Virus record (IMG/VR): IMGVR_UViG_3300026518_000670
Span: 1 to 55,640 of that record
DNA length: 55,640 nt
Source: a virus
Taxonomy: Duplodnaviria > Caudoviricetes
Direction: 5' to 3' (one strand)
A model generated the notes under the pieces. It made no database searches. It worked only from the letters and a program-made list of their open reading frames with translations, and was not told the DNA's origin. A program made the position numbers and the translations under genes. Each line of letters begins with the position of its first letter. The first letter of the stretch is position 1. Below, piece by piece: positions 46,186 to 54,107 of this stretch.

Positions 46186-46479
46186 TCAAACCTCCTCGTG
46201 ATCTGTCCTCTCGGGTGCTGGACCCAAGGATTGCGATGGAACGGAGCCGACCTCACGCTTCGTATCAAGCGCCTTTTTTGCAGGCGTGGCCGAGCACTCC
46301 AGTTCCATGATGGCCTTCTCGAGGGCGTTGACAGTCGTGAAGCTGGGACGCTTCCCGCGTTTCTCGTTGGCGAACTTGCTGATCCACGAGGTGCTCAAGC
46401 CCGATACCTGGCTCACTTCCGGATATCGGCCCCTGAAGCAGCGGAGGCGGGAACGAAGGATGGCGATGTCGTTGGGCAT
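46186..46479 (-). CDS. cro: Cro-like HTH protein
   Basis: YPEVSQVSGLSTSWISKF...PSFTTVNAL. Divergent from cI. Confidence 0.75.
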   Translation of the reverse strand: MPNDIAILRSRLRCFRGRYPEVSQVSGLSTSWISKFANEKRGKRPSFTTVNALEKAIMELECSATPAKKALDTKREVGSVPSQSLGPAPERTDHEEV

Positions 46480-46486
46480 GCACGAG

Positions 46487-46529
46487 ATTGGAGCACATTT
46501 GTGCTCATCTTGGCAACACAACTGTACTC
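46487..46529. promoter_or_regulatory. OR operators and pR-like promoter
   Basis: Palindrome GAGCACATTTGTGCTC (46491-46506) and degenerate CAACACAACTGTACTC (46514-46529). Minus-strand TTGCCA with TGcTCCAAT extended -10. Confidence 0.7.
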
Positions 46530-46552
46530 ACCAAGAGAATTACGCTTCGCTG

Positions 46553-46951
46553 ATGGCAAGTGATACCACTCTCGCGCTCCGCGACAACGTCAGGCGACTC
46601 ATGGATTACAGGGGGATGTCGCAGCGCGAACTTGCGAAGGAGGCGGGGATCTCACAGAGCGCAGTCGGTTTCCTTCTGCGCTATTCGGACATGAACGATC
46701 GACATCCCACCACTTCGACGGTCGAGGCAATAGCCAAGGCCTTTTCCATTCGAGCCTGGCAACTCATGATTCCCGATGCCCCACTCGAGCTGCTTTTGTC
46801 ACAGCAGCTCGAAAAGCACACCATGGATTACATGCAGGTAGGACCAGAGGGAAGAGAGGCTGTCGATCGCATTACGGAGGTTGAGGTGCGGTCTGCCACC
46901 TTGCAAAAAGGACTGAATACCGGTGACGGTTCAGTTAGGAAAGCAGGATAG
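46553..46951 (+). CDS. cI: CI-like repressor (XRE HTH; no S24 peptidase domain evident)
   Basis: NVRRLM...MSQRELAKEAGISQSAV...PTTSTVEAIAKAF. Confidence 0.85.
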   Translation: MASDTTLALRDNVRRLMDYRGMSQRELAKEAGISQSAVGFLLRYSDMNDRHPTTSTVEAIAKAFSIRAWQLMIPDAPLELLLSQQLEKHTMDYMQVGPEGREAVDRITEVEVRSATLQKGLNTGDGSVRKAG

Positions 46952-46980
46952 CCAGGGACGGCCAGGTTCGGGGGCAGGCC

Positions 46981-47844
46981 TTATTTTCCTTGGGATGGGG
47001 TGTAATACAGGCTGCCCCGACTCGGTCTGGTCTCTTGAAGCGAGCGACCCTGCTCGCATAATCGCTCCACCGCCCTACGCGCGCGCGCGCTGTTATGTTT
47101 TTCGGCAAAGGCCTGGGCGCCATCACAGGCGGCATCCGCGCTGACGCTAACGCCGTGGTCACGGACCACCCTGTACTGCCTCTCCCACCGGATTTCCGAC
47201 GGATCCCGGTAGCGCCCCTGCACCGGGTCGAACACCTGAGCGCCGCGGTCTGGAAGATTCTCGCGGATCTCGCGCCCTGTCTGCGCGTCGTAAGCGATCA
47301 ACTTCCCGGTCGGCACCGTGCTCGTCCAGCACTCACCCTCCGCGTAGTAGACCGCTCCGGACGGCCGCGTGCACCGCATCCCGACGATCTCGCCGCGCGC
47401 ATACGCCGATGCGCCCAGACCCGGGTCATGCGGCAACACTGATCCTGATTTGCCGATCGCCGGCCGACGAGAGCGGGCGGCTACCTTTCGTGTCTGCCAA
47501 TCTGGTCTCGCGCGCGCACGATCATAGGCGATGCGCAGCACTTCCCAATCACCAAGATCCGGTCTCGCGACTGCGTGGATTTCTTTTTGCAGCAGTCCCA
47601 GATTCGATCCCATCAGGATCTCTGGGTGGACCTGTGCAAATCCCTCGACAGCGCGCTTCCACGAGCTTTCGGTTGATGTTTCGCCATCGCGAAAGGTCTT
47701 GTGTGACACCTGGGCACGTGGGTTTTTGCAGGGGATGTTCTGGTACACAGGGACGCCATCCTTGCCCTTGCACTGGTAGATGTTGCCGGCATGAGCGCCT
47801 GCTGTCAGCAGCGCCAGGACCGCGCAAACCGCTCTGATCGTCAT
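46981..47844 (-). CDS. Exported DUF4124-domain protein (immunity-region moron)
   Basis: Signal peptide ending AHA, then IYQCKGKDGVPVYQNIPC. Confidence 0.7.
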   Translation of the reverse strand: MTIRAVCAVLALLTAGAHAGNIYQCKGKDGVPVYQNIPCKNPRAQVSHKTFRDGETSTESSWKRAVEGFAQVHPEILMGSNLGLLQKEIHAVARPDLGDWEVLRIAYDRARARPDWQTRKVAARSRRPAIGKSGSVLPHDPGLGASAYARGEIVGMRCTRPSGAVYYAEGECWTSTVPTGKLIAYDAQTGREIRENLPDRGAQVFDPVQGRYRDPSEIRWERQYRVVRDHGVSVSADAACDGAQAFAEKHNSARARRAVERLCEQGRSLQETRPSRGSLYYTPSQGK

Positions 47845-47890
47845 GATCTGCTCCCTTCACATCCGATCTGTGCAGTATCTCGCTTGGCTT

Positions 47891-47937
47891 GAGCACATTT
47901 GTGCTTGACACCGTCCGTATCGAACACTAATGTGCTC
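47891..47937 (+). promoter_or_regulatory. OL operators and pL-like promoter
   Basis: GAGCACATTTGTGCTT (47891-47906) and GAACACTAATGTGCTC (47922-47937) overlapping TTGACA-17 bp-TAATGT. Confidence 0.8.
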
Positions 47938-47958
47938 GATAAGACGGGAGGGCTACCC

Positions 47959-48267
47959 ATGCTGGCCACAGAACAACACCAACCGACGAGCATCATGATT
48001 GCACCAATGACCACTGCCGACGCGGTATGCCATGCCGCACACGCCCGCTCTGTGGCACGCGCCAAGAGCGAATTCCGGCGTGCCATGGGTCAGCTGGTGC
48101 GGCTGCGTGCAGGCACGTTGTCGCAAGGGGATCTGAACGACCTGCACGGCCGCGCCCTGCGCACCTGGCCGAACCTGCAGCTCAACGAAACCGCCAAATA
48201 TCAGGAACTTTTGTTGCGCGACCTCACGGGTGCGTACGAGGCCTTGTTACGGGAGGAAGAGGCATGA
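47959..48267 (+). CDS. First early-arm hypothetical protein
   Basis: GGGAGG SD just after pL. Confidence 0.6.
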   Translation: MLATEQHQPTSIMIAPMTTADAVCHAAHARSVARAKSEFRRAMGQLVRLRAGTLSQGDLNDLHGRALRTWPNLQLNETAKYQELLLRDLTGAYEALLREEEA

Positions 48268-48944
48268 ATACAGCCAAGAAGCACAGCATGGTGAACAGGA
48301 CCGCGTTCGGTATCTTCCTTTCCGTCCTGTTTGTCATGATGGGTGTGGATCTGTGGCCACACCCGCGCACGATGCAGACGCCGCTTTCCTTGCCCGCACC
48401 GGCGGCACCATCCCTGCGCGCGCACCCACAGCCGGCCGTGGCTGGGCTCCCGCTTGCCGCCACGCGCAGCGCACCCGTGCTGATGGGTCGCGCTTGCGTT
48501 GCGCTGGCTGTGTACGTCGAAGCACCGCATGCGGGATGGCTGGAACAGGCCACCATCGCATCCACCGTCATCAATGCCGCGCGCGCCCACCATCAAGCAT
48601 CCCCATGTCAAGCGATCCGTCAGCCAGGCCTCGTGCCCGGCATAGCGGCTTACCTGGACGATACGCCGCCTTGGCGGGCGCACCCTCAACGCTGGATGCA
48701 TGCGATGGACGTGGCCGATTCAGTGCTCAGCGACGACTACTCGTTTGGTACCCGGGGATGCACGACCACCACACGAATGCTGCCTTCCCGGGCCCCGCGC
48801 CCGGCATGGGCCCGGTCCATGCGGATGACATGCCGCGTCGGACAACACCTTTTTTTCACGCCAGCCATACCTCCCGTGGTTGCGGTTGCCCAGCGAACCC
48901 CCCCCCCGACGAATGGGCAGTCGATGAATGCAGCATGCATGTGA
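48264..48944 (+). CDS. SleB-like cell wall hydrolase (Hydrolase_2), divergent, with N-terminal TM
   Basis: CVALAVYVEA...QATIASTVIN...CQAIRQPG...VGQHLFF matches the CLAxxxYxEAR...C.VV.Q...IGxHxFY pattern. Confidence 0.6.
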   Translation: MNTAKKHSMVNRTAFGIFLSVLFVMMGVDLWPHPRTMQTPLSLPAPAAPSLRAHPQPAVAGLPLAATRSAPVLMGRACVALAVYVEAPHAGWLEQATIASTVINAARAHHQASPCQAIRQPGLVPGIAAYLDDTPPWRAHPQRWMHAMDVADSVLSDDYSFGTRGCTTTTRMLPSRAPRPAWARSMRMTCRVGQHLFFTPAIPPVVAVAQRTPPPTNGQSMNAACM

Positions 48945-49021
48945 GGGCGATCAGGGCCGTCCCTCGCCGGCACCGGCAGCCGACTGCATAGCCGGAACCT
49001 CACCACCGCAAGGAAAGGCCC

Positions 49022-50074
49022 ATGTACAAGTCCATTTCAGTCGAAGTCGACGTCGATGTGTCTGACGTGATCGACATGCTTGACCCAGACGATCTGCACC
49101 AGTTCGGGTTATCGGAAATCGATGTCCGAAGCGCGCACAAAAGCCCATGGATCGACGTGCGCTTAGCCGTCCTCCGCGGCGATCGTGCCGGCGGCAACCA
49201 CAAGATCCTTCCGGCGTCGGTCGTCAACGCAGGCGTGGCCGACAAGGTCCGCAAGATCGCCGAGGCCGAGGGCCGGCGCGTCGGCAGCCGCGAGCGCAAG
49301 CGCATCAAGCAAGCCGTCTTCGACGAGCTCATGCCTCGCGCATTCTCCCAGCCTTCCAGTCTGCAGGTCTGGCTGGACCTCACCAACGGATGGGCCGCGA
49401 TCGATACCAGCAGCCGCAAGGCCGCCGAATCGGCAATCAGCATGGTGCGCGAGGCCCTGGGCAGCTTCCCGGCGGTGCCACTGGCGCCCGAGCGCTCCGT
49501 GCGCCAGGTGCTGACCCACTGGCTGCAGACCGGCGACCTGCCGCCCGGCCTTGTGCTGGGCGATGAATGCGAGCTGCGCGACGCGGCCAACGCCGGCGGC
49601 GCGGTCACCCGCAGCCGGCATCAGGAGCTGGAGTCGGACGAGATCCGCGAGCACCTGCGCGCCGGAAAGCAGGTCTACCAGCTGGGCCTCGAATTCGACG
49701 AGCGCCTCGGCTTTGTCTTGGACGAGGCCCTGACCGTGCGCAAGCTCAAGCTCTTCGACGTGGTGGAGGACCAGCTCGACACCAGCGGCGCCGAGACCAT
49801 CGCCGACGATCTCGGCGCGCGCGTGCGCCAGCTCGAGACCTTCATCGGCACCGAGGCTCACGCGGCGCTCACGAGATCGAGGCCGTCGACGTCAGCGCCG
49901 GTCAGAAGGACGACATCGTCGCGCTGGCCAAAGCCACCGGCGCCGACCTGGCCGCAGAATGGAAGGTTACCGAGGACTGGCTGGCCACGATTTCCAAGCC
50001 CGCCCTGCTGGCTGGCTGCCACCGGCCCTGCGCGAGAAGGAGAAGCCGCGCCGCAAGAATGTCACCGGCGGTAA
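49022..50074 (+). pseudogene. rdgC: Chimeric ORF containing the central part of RdgC
   Basis: KILPASVV...EGRRVGSRERKRIK...ELMPRAF...LGSFP...LGDECELR...EIREHLRAGKQVYQLGL matches RdgC. The normal MWFKNL-type N-terminus and the C-terminus are replaced. Confidence 0.7.
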
Positions 50075-50088
50075 GGCCGCCGCAGCCA

Positions 50089-50358
50089 ATGACCAAGAGG
50101 AGGCAGACCGTGATGCTGCAGGCGCTTGAAATGGGTGCCCGTGGGCTACCTTCACGTGGCCTTAAGCCGGCGGCCGAGTTGGCCAAAGTCCGGCCGCACG
50201 GTACGCGCCTGAAATACGTCGGTGGCTGCCGGTGTGATGCGTGCCGGTCAGCAAACTCCGCCTACGAGCGAGATCGTCAACTGGCGCGAAAGCATGGCGA
50301 CTGGAATGGCCTGGCGAGCGCTCGACGCGCGCGCCGACCCAGGGTAGTCCAGCCATGA
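50089..50358 (+). CDS. Small Cys/His zinc-binding protein, possibly truncated
   Basis: HGTRLKYVGGCRCDACRSAN motif frequent in phage proteins. Start uncertain. Confidence 0.5.
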   Translation: MTKRRQTVMLQALEMGARGLPSRGLKPAAELAKVRPHGTRLKYVGGCRCDACRSANSAYERDRQLARKHGDWNGLASARRARRPRVVQP

Positions 50359-50699
50359 GCTACTGCCGCTGGTCCACCGACTGCGACGTCTACGTCTACG
50401 AGGGCGGTATGAGCGGTTTCATGGTGCATGTGGCCGCCTCGCGCTACGTCTTCAAGGATCCGCTTCCTGATCCCGTCCTCTACACAAAGAGAAACTTCAA
50501 GGAATGGTTTGCCTGGCATGAGCGCGTGCGCGAGATGACCAATGTGGCCGCGCTAGAGACGATCGACCTTCCGCACGACGGCGAGACCTTCAACGAACCG
50601 ACACCTGCGGCATGCGCTGACCGCCTAGAGCAGCTCAAGGCGCTCGGCTACCGGGTACCGCAATACGCCATCGATGCCCTTCGCGAGGATATCGAATGA
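50355..50699 (+). CDS. Hypothetical phage protein
   Basis: MSYCRWS..DVYVY N-terminus. ATGA-coupled. Confidence 0.65.
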   Translation: MSYCRWSTDCDVYVYEGGMSGFMVHVAASRYVFKDPLPDPVLYTKRNFKEWFAWHERVREMTNVAALETIDLPHDGETFNEPTPAACADRLEQLKALGYRVPQYAIDALREDIE

Positions 50700-50785
50700 A
50701 ACCGACCATCATTGTCGCCGGCCTTGGCCGCTGCGATGGCGACGCAATGGACGCTTTAATCCGCGTTGACTTGCAAGCCCTCTAA
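50696..50785 (+). pseudogene. 29-aa remnant with sulfotransferase-like P-loop start
   Basis: MKPTIIVAGLGRC, then divergence. Stop codon lies inside the CTCTAAC core site. Confidence 0.35.
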
Positions 50786-50808
50786 CGATCTCGGACGCAG
50801 TGTTATGC
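50780..50808. other. Internally deleted attC-like site
   Basis: CTCTAAC-N15-GTTATGC. Confidence 0.45.
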
Positions 50809-50828
50809 GCCACCTACCGGAAAACGAA

Positions 50829-51047
50829 ATGAAAGATGACCGTGCAACATCCATCGAACTGATACGCGACGACTACGACGATTTTGTGCACCCGTACCCG
50901 TGGCGCTTCGCGATCACCCACAAAGGCAAGAGGCACGAGTTTTGCGGGGCGCCAAACAAATGCAAAACACCTGGAGCCGCATTGCGCAGGGCACAACAAC
51001 GACTGAAATGGCTCGAAGACGGCACCTACGCCGAACGCTACAAGTGA
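50829..51047 (+). CDS. Cassette-borne hypothetical protein (72 aa)
   Basis: Bounded by complementary cores GTTATGCG ... CGCATAAC. Confidence 0.65.
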   Translation: MKDDRATSIELIRDDYDDFVHPYPWRFAITHKGKRHEFCGAPNKCKTPGAALRRAQQRLKWLEDGTYAERYK

Positions 51048-51048
51048 C

Positions 51049-51108
51049 GCATAACGATTGCGATAAGCCGCCGCGCTTTTTGCGGTCGGCTTAATTAGCT
51101 GGTTAGGT
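51049..51108 (-). mobile_element. attC-type recombination site (60 bp)
   Basis: Minus strand: ACCTAAC-CAGCT-AATTAAGC-CGACCGCAAAAAGCGCGGCG-GCTTATC-GCAATC-GTTATGC, i.e. 7-5-8-20-7-6-7 geometry with an unpaired A after AAGCCG as in the aadA1-type attC. Confidence 0.75.
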
Positions 51109-51111
51109 GCG

Positions 51112-51291
51112 ATGATTGACTGGGCACGAATAAACGACTTGATTGAATGCTCGGCCTGTGGCGGTACTGGACAGAATGAGCGAATACCAGACGACCAGCG
51201 GAAAGCATGGATTGAGCCATGCCCCTGGTGCAAAGAGCGCGGGTATTTCCTGCCGGGAGAAAATAATGGGATACGAACCGAAACTGACTGA
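51112..51291 (+). CDS. Small zinc-finger protein (59 aa, DnaJ-type CxxCxGxG), absent from the ORF track
   Basis: CSACGGTG...CPWCKERG. Starts 3 nt after the attC. Confidence 0.55.
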   Translation: MIDWARINDLIECSACGGTGQNERIPDDQRKAWIEPCPWCKERGYFLPGENNGIRTETD

Positions 51292-51544
51292 ACGGGAACG
51301 CGGAATATGGCGCATGGCGCTAACGCTGGCGAATAATATCTGTGTGCGCGAGAGCGACAGAATGAACGCCGATGATTACACCGCCGAGGCACAGACGGCG
51401 GCGGATTGCGCGAAAGCAATACGCGACTGGCTTGACACCGATGACGAGCATCTTGCGCGGATGCTGCGTGATGCAGGGGTGCGCGAATACCCTGACCCGA
51501 TATGCGAGGCGCTGAATAGTGGTAATGGTTCATACCGGCCTTAG
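51266..51544 (+). CDS. Cassette-borne hypothetical protein (92 aa)
   Basis: GGGAG SD. The stop TAG overlaps the GCACCTAAC core. Confidence 0.65.
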   Translation: MGYEPKLTERERGIWRMALTLANNICVRESDRMNADDYTAEAQTAADCAKAIRDWLDTDDEHLARMLRDAGVREYPDPICEALNSGNGSYRP

Positions 51545-51545
51545 C

Positions 51546-51572
51546 ACCTAACGCCGCCTTAACCGGCGCGGC
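51546..51572. other. Half attC-like site
   Basis: ACCTAAC-GCCGC-CTTAACC-GG. The partner arm is absent. Confidence 0.5.
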
Positions 51573-51587
51573 CACAGGAGATTGACG

Positions 51588-52061
51588 ATGTGTGACCTAC
51601 TCACAGACCCTTACATGGACGCCGCGCGCGCGCCAGCCGGCTACAGCAAGCCCCAAGTAGGCGCTCTGACGCGTTTCAGCCACAAGGGAGGCACGTTCAA
51701 CACTTACCTGTCGGATCTCCGACGAAGTGGCTTCCTGGACGAGCATGACGGCCTGCTGTTTGCCTCGGTGTACGGCATCCAAGCGCTGGGCGCCGATGTG
51801 CCGATCGCGCCGAAGAGCCACGACGACGTCATGGCGCAGTGGCAGCGCGCGCTGCGTGCCGGCGCGTTCCGGATCCTGCACAGCATCGTTGCCGCGGGTC
51901 CGGCGGGTATCAGCCGCCAGGACTTGGCCCTGGCCGTCGACATGACGGCCAGCGGGGGCACGTTCAACACGTACCTGTCCGATCTTCGCCGCAACGGCCT
52001 CATCACGGATCGGGACAGCATCTGCTATGCGAACGACATCCTTTTCCCGGAGGACCCATGA
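51588..52061 (+). CDS. Tandem winged-helix protein, probably a C-terminal fragment of a larger protein
   Basis: GGTFNTYLSDLRR occurs twice. Confidence 0.6.
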   Translation: MCDLLTDPYMDAARAPAGYSKPQVGALTRFSHKGGTFNTYLSDLRRSGFLDEHDGLLFASVYGIQALGADVPIAPKSHDDVMAQWQRALRAGAFRILHSIVAAGPAGISRQDLALAVDMTASGGTFNTYLSDLRRNGLITDRDSICYANDILFPEDP

Positions 52062-52609
52062 TCAAGGAAGCGATCCAGCGCAAGCTGGCCCTGTATTTCC
52101 AGCTCCACTACGTCCAGACCCGAATGCCCGATTTCATCATCGGAGGTCTCGACGACGCCTATCTGTTGCGCTGGTACATCACGCCGTGGACCGCCTGGCG
52201 CCGGGACGTCCCGGATAAGGACCGCAGTTGGTGGTTTCGCCTGGTCGCGCGGCTGCCGGCGATCTACCTGCACGTCTTCCTGCGCGACGACGACGATCGC
52301 GCGCTGCACGATCATCCATGGAACAACGTGAGTTGGGTGCTCCTGGGCAGCTACATCGAACACACCATCCGCGCCGGCGGCATCCATGTCCGCACGCTTC
52401 GCCCGCGCGGATCGGTGAAGTTCCGCTTCGCCAGAACTGCGCACCGCGTGGAACTGATCAATCGCGCGCCTTGCATGAGCCTGTTCTTCACTGGCTGGCG
52501 TTGGCGCCACTGGGGTTTCCACTGCCCCGACCGTGGCTGGGTGCCATGGCGTGTTTTCACTGCCGTGAATGATGGCGACCGCGGCGCGATCGGACGGGGA
52601 TGCAACTGA
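52058..52609 (+). CDS. Cupin-like protein (HDHPW family)
   Basis: IYLHVF..DDDRALHDHPW...GSYIE...HRVEL...LFFTG...WGF. Confidence 0.75.
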   Translation: MIKEAIQRKLALYFQLHYVQTRMPDFIIGGLDDAYLLRWYITPWTAWRRDVPDKDRSWWFRLVARLPAIYLHVFLRDDDDRALHDHPWNNVSWVLLGSYIEHTIRAGGIHVRTLRPRGSVKFRFARTAHRVELINRAPCMSLFFTGWRWRHWGFHCPDRGWVPWRVFTAVNDGDRGAIGRGCN

Positions 52610-52977
52610 TGGATTTGACCAAAGCTTTTTCCATCGCAGAACAAGACAGCCCGGCTTCATGGATCGCCAAGGAAGCTCTTCGGACCATGGCCGCCGAGAT
52701 CGAACGCCTTCAGTCCCGTATATCGCCACAGGCTCACGATCCCAAAATCAGACCGATCCGTTATCTCGATTCACACGCTGACATGCTTCGTATTTGGGCC
52801 ACTGGGATCGACTCAGGCGAAATCGATCTCCCTGATTCGGTGCTCATGGTCGTAATCCATAACGACGGACGAAAACCACAACTTTTCCAAACCGCGACTG
52901 CACCCAACAATCTGATCGCCATCGGAGCATTGATGCATTCCGTCTACCGCATTCTTGGAGTTTTAGACGATGACTGA
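52600..52977 (+). CDS. Hypothetical protein
   Basis: Overlaps both neighbours in the operon. Confidence 0.55.
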   Translation: MQLMDLTKAFSIAEQDSPASWIAKEALRTMAAEIERLQSRISPQAHDPKIRPIRYLDSHADMLRIWATGIDSGEIDLPDSVLMVVIHNDGRKPQLFQTATAPNNLIAIGALMHSVYRILGVLDDD

Positions 52978-53881
52978 CCGCAAACCCATCCTGTGCCTCG
53001 ACTTCGACGGCGTCATCCACGCCTACACGAGCGGCTGGAAAGGTGTTACTCGCATTCCCGACCCCCCGGTCCCTGGCGCGCTGCAGTTCATCGTGGCCGC
53101 GCTGGACCGGTTCCAGGTGGCCATCTACTCGAGCCGGTCCCGGACCTGGTTCGGACGCCAGGCCATGCGGGCGTGGCTGCTCAAGCACCTGATCGACCTG
53201 TCGCCTAACACCCCGCAGGAGGCCCCGGACTGGTGGTACCGGCGTGTCGCGCGCACGGCCTTCGCGGATCCGTGGTCCGAAGAGGTGATCTGGGCGGCAA
53301 AGAACGTGTGCCGGGAAATCCTGTGGGCCAAGCACAAGCCGCCGGCTACGGTCAGCATCGACGATCGCGCGCTGCTGTTCGACGGCACGTTTCCGTCCTT
53401 GGACATGCTGGCCAGCTTCCAGCCCTTGACCAAGCGCTTCGTAGGCGTCGACCACGGATCCGATGATCTGACATGTATGGTCACGGCCGACCGGGACGAG
53501 ATCGGAACGATCGGTCATGTTGACCACGGCAAGACGACGCTTGCGGCGGCGCTGACGAAAGTCGGAATGCAACAGCCGCCCGCTTGGGAAGACAGGAATC
53601 TTATCGAGCTCGCGGCCAAAGTTGCGGGGTACGAATCCGAAGGCTATGAAGACGGCGGTTGGCTGGTGATGCGGTACGGACTGCATACCGCTTTATGGAT
53701 TCCCGCGATCGAGCGGTATTGGAATCCCCTCGAAGATGACGGCGACGCGCTGCGCCTGGCGGTGATGCTGAATCTCAGCTTCGAATCGAGTCCGACGGAG
53801 GAACTGCACGGAACAGATCGGTACGCCGCCACCCGCAAAGCGATCGTCATGGCTGCGGTCGCCATGGCCGAGGATTGCTGA
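52970..53881 (+). CDS. Mosaic protein: HAD-family hydrolase + EF-Tu-like P-loop peptide + WNPLxDDGDA domain
   Basis: CLDFDGVI, SSR, KPP..SIDDRA (HAD motifs I-IV); IGTIGHVDHGKTTLAAALTKVG; WNPLEDDGDALRLAV...ATRKAIV. Confidence 0.8.
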   Translation: MTDRKPILCLDFDGVIHAYTSGWKGVTRIPDPPVPGALQFIVAALDRFQVAIYSSRSRTWFGRQAMRAWLLKHLIDLSPNTPQEAPDWWYRRVARTAFADPWSEEVIWAAKNVCREILWAKHKPPATVSIDDRALLFDGTFPSLDMLASFQPLTKRFVGVDHGSDDLTCMVTADRDEIGTIGHVDHGKTTLAAALTKVGMQQPPAWEDRNLIELAAKVAGYESEGYEDGGWLVMRYGLHTALWIPAIERYWNPLEDDGDALRLAVMLNLSFESSPTEELHGTDRYAATRKAIVMAAVAMAEDC

Positions 53882-53894
53882 GGCATCGCTATCC

Positions 53895-54107
53895 ATGGCA
53901 CAAGGGATCCTTTCTACCGCTGAGCTCCTGAAGGCGACTGGCTACAAGCGGCCAGCCGATCTCGCGAGCTGCCTGCAGCGCCAGGGAGTGCGGTTTTTCG
54001 AGGGGAGGGATGGACCTTGGACGACGATCGGACTGATCGAAGCCGCCGGTGGCCTGCGACCGGCCGGGAACGATGCAGGCGAGATGTACGGAGCGACTAT
54101 CCTGTGA
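53895..54107 (+). CDS. Excisionase-like protein (DUF4224-like)
   Basis: LSTAELLKATGYKRP...LQRQGVRF. Overlaps the integrase start. Confidence 0.7.
   Translation: MAQGILSTAELLKATGYKRPADLASCLQRQGVRFFEGRDGPWTTIGLIEAAGGLRPAGNDAGEMYGATIL

Noticed and set aside
53501-53566. A real tuf gene, or an att core within tuf
   Set aside because: Only 22 codons, in frame inside another ORF, upstream of xis/int, with no second copy in the window.
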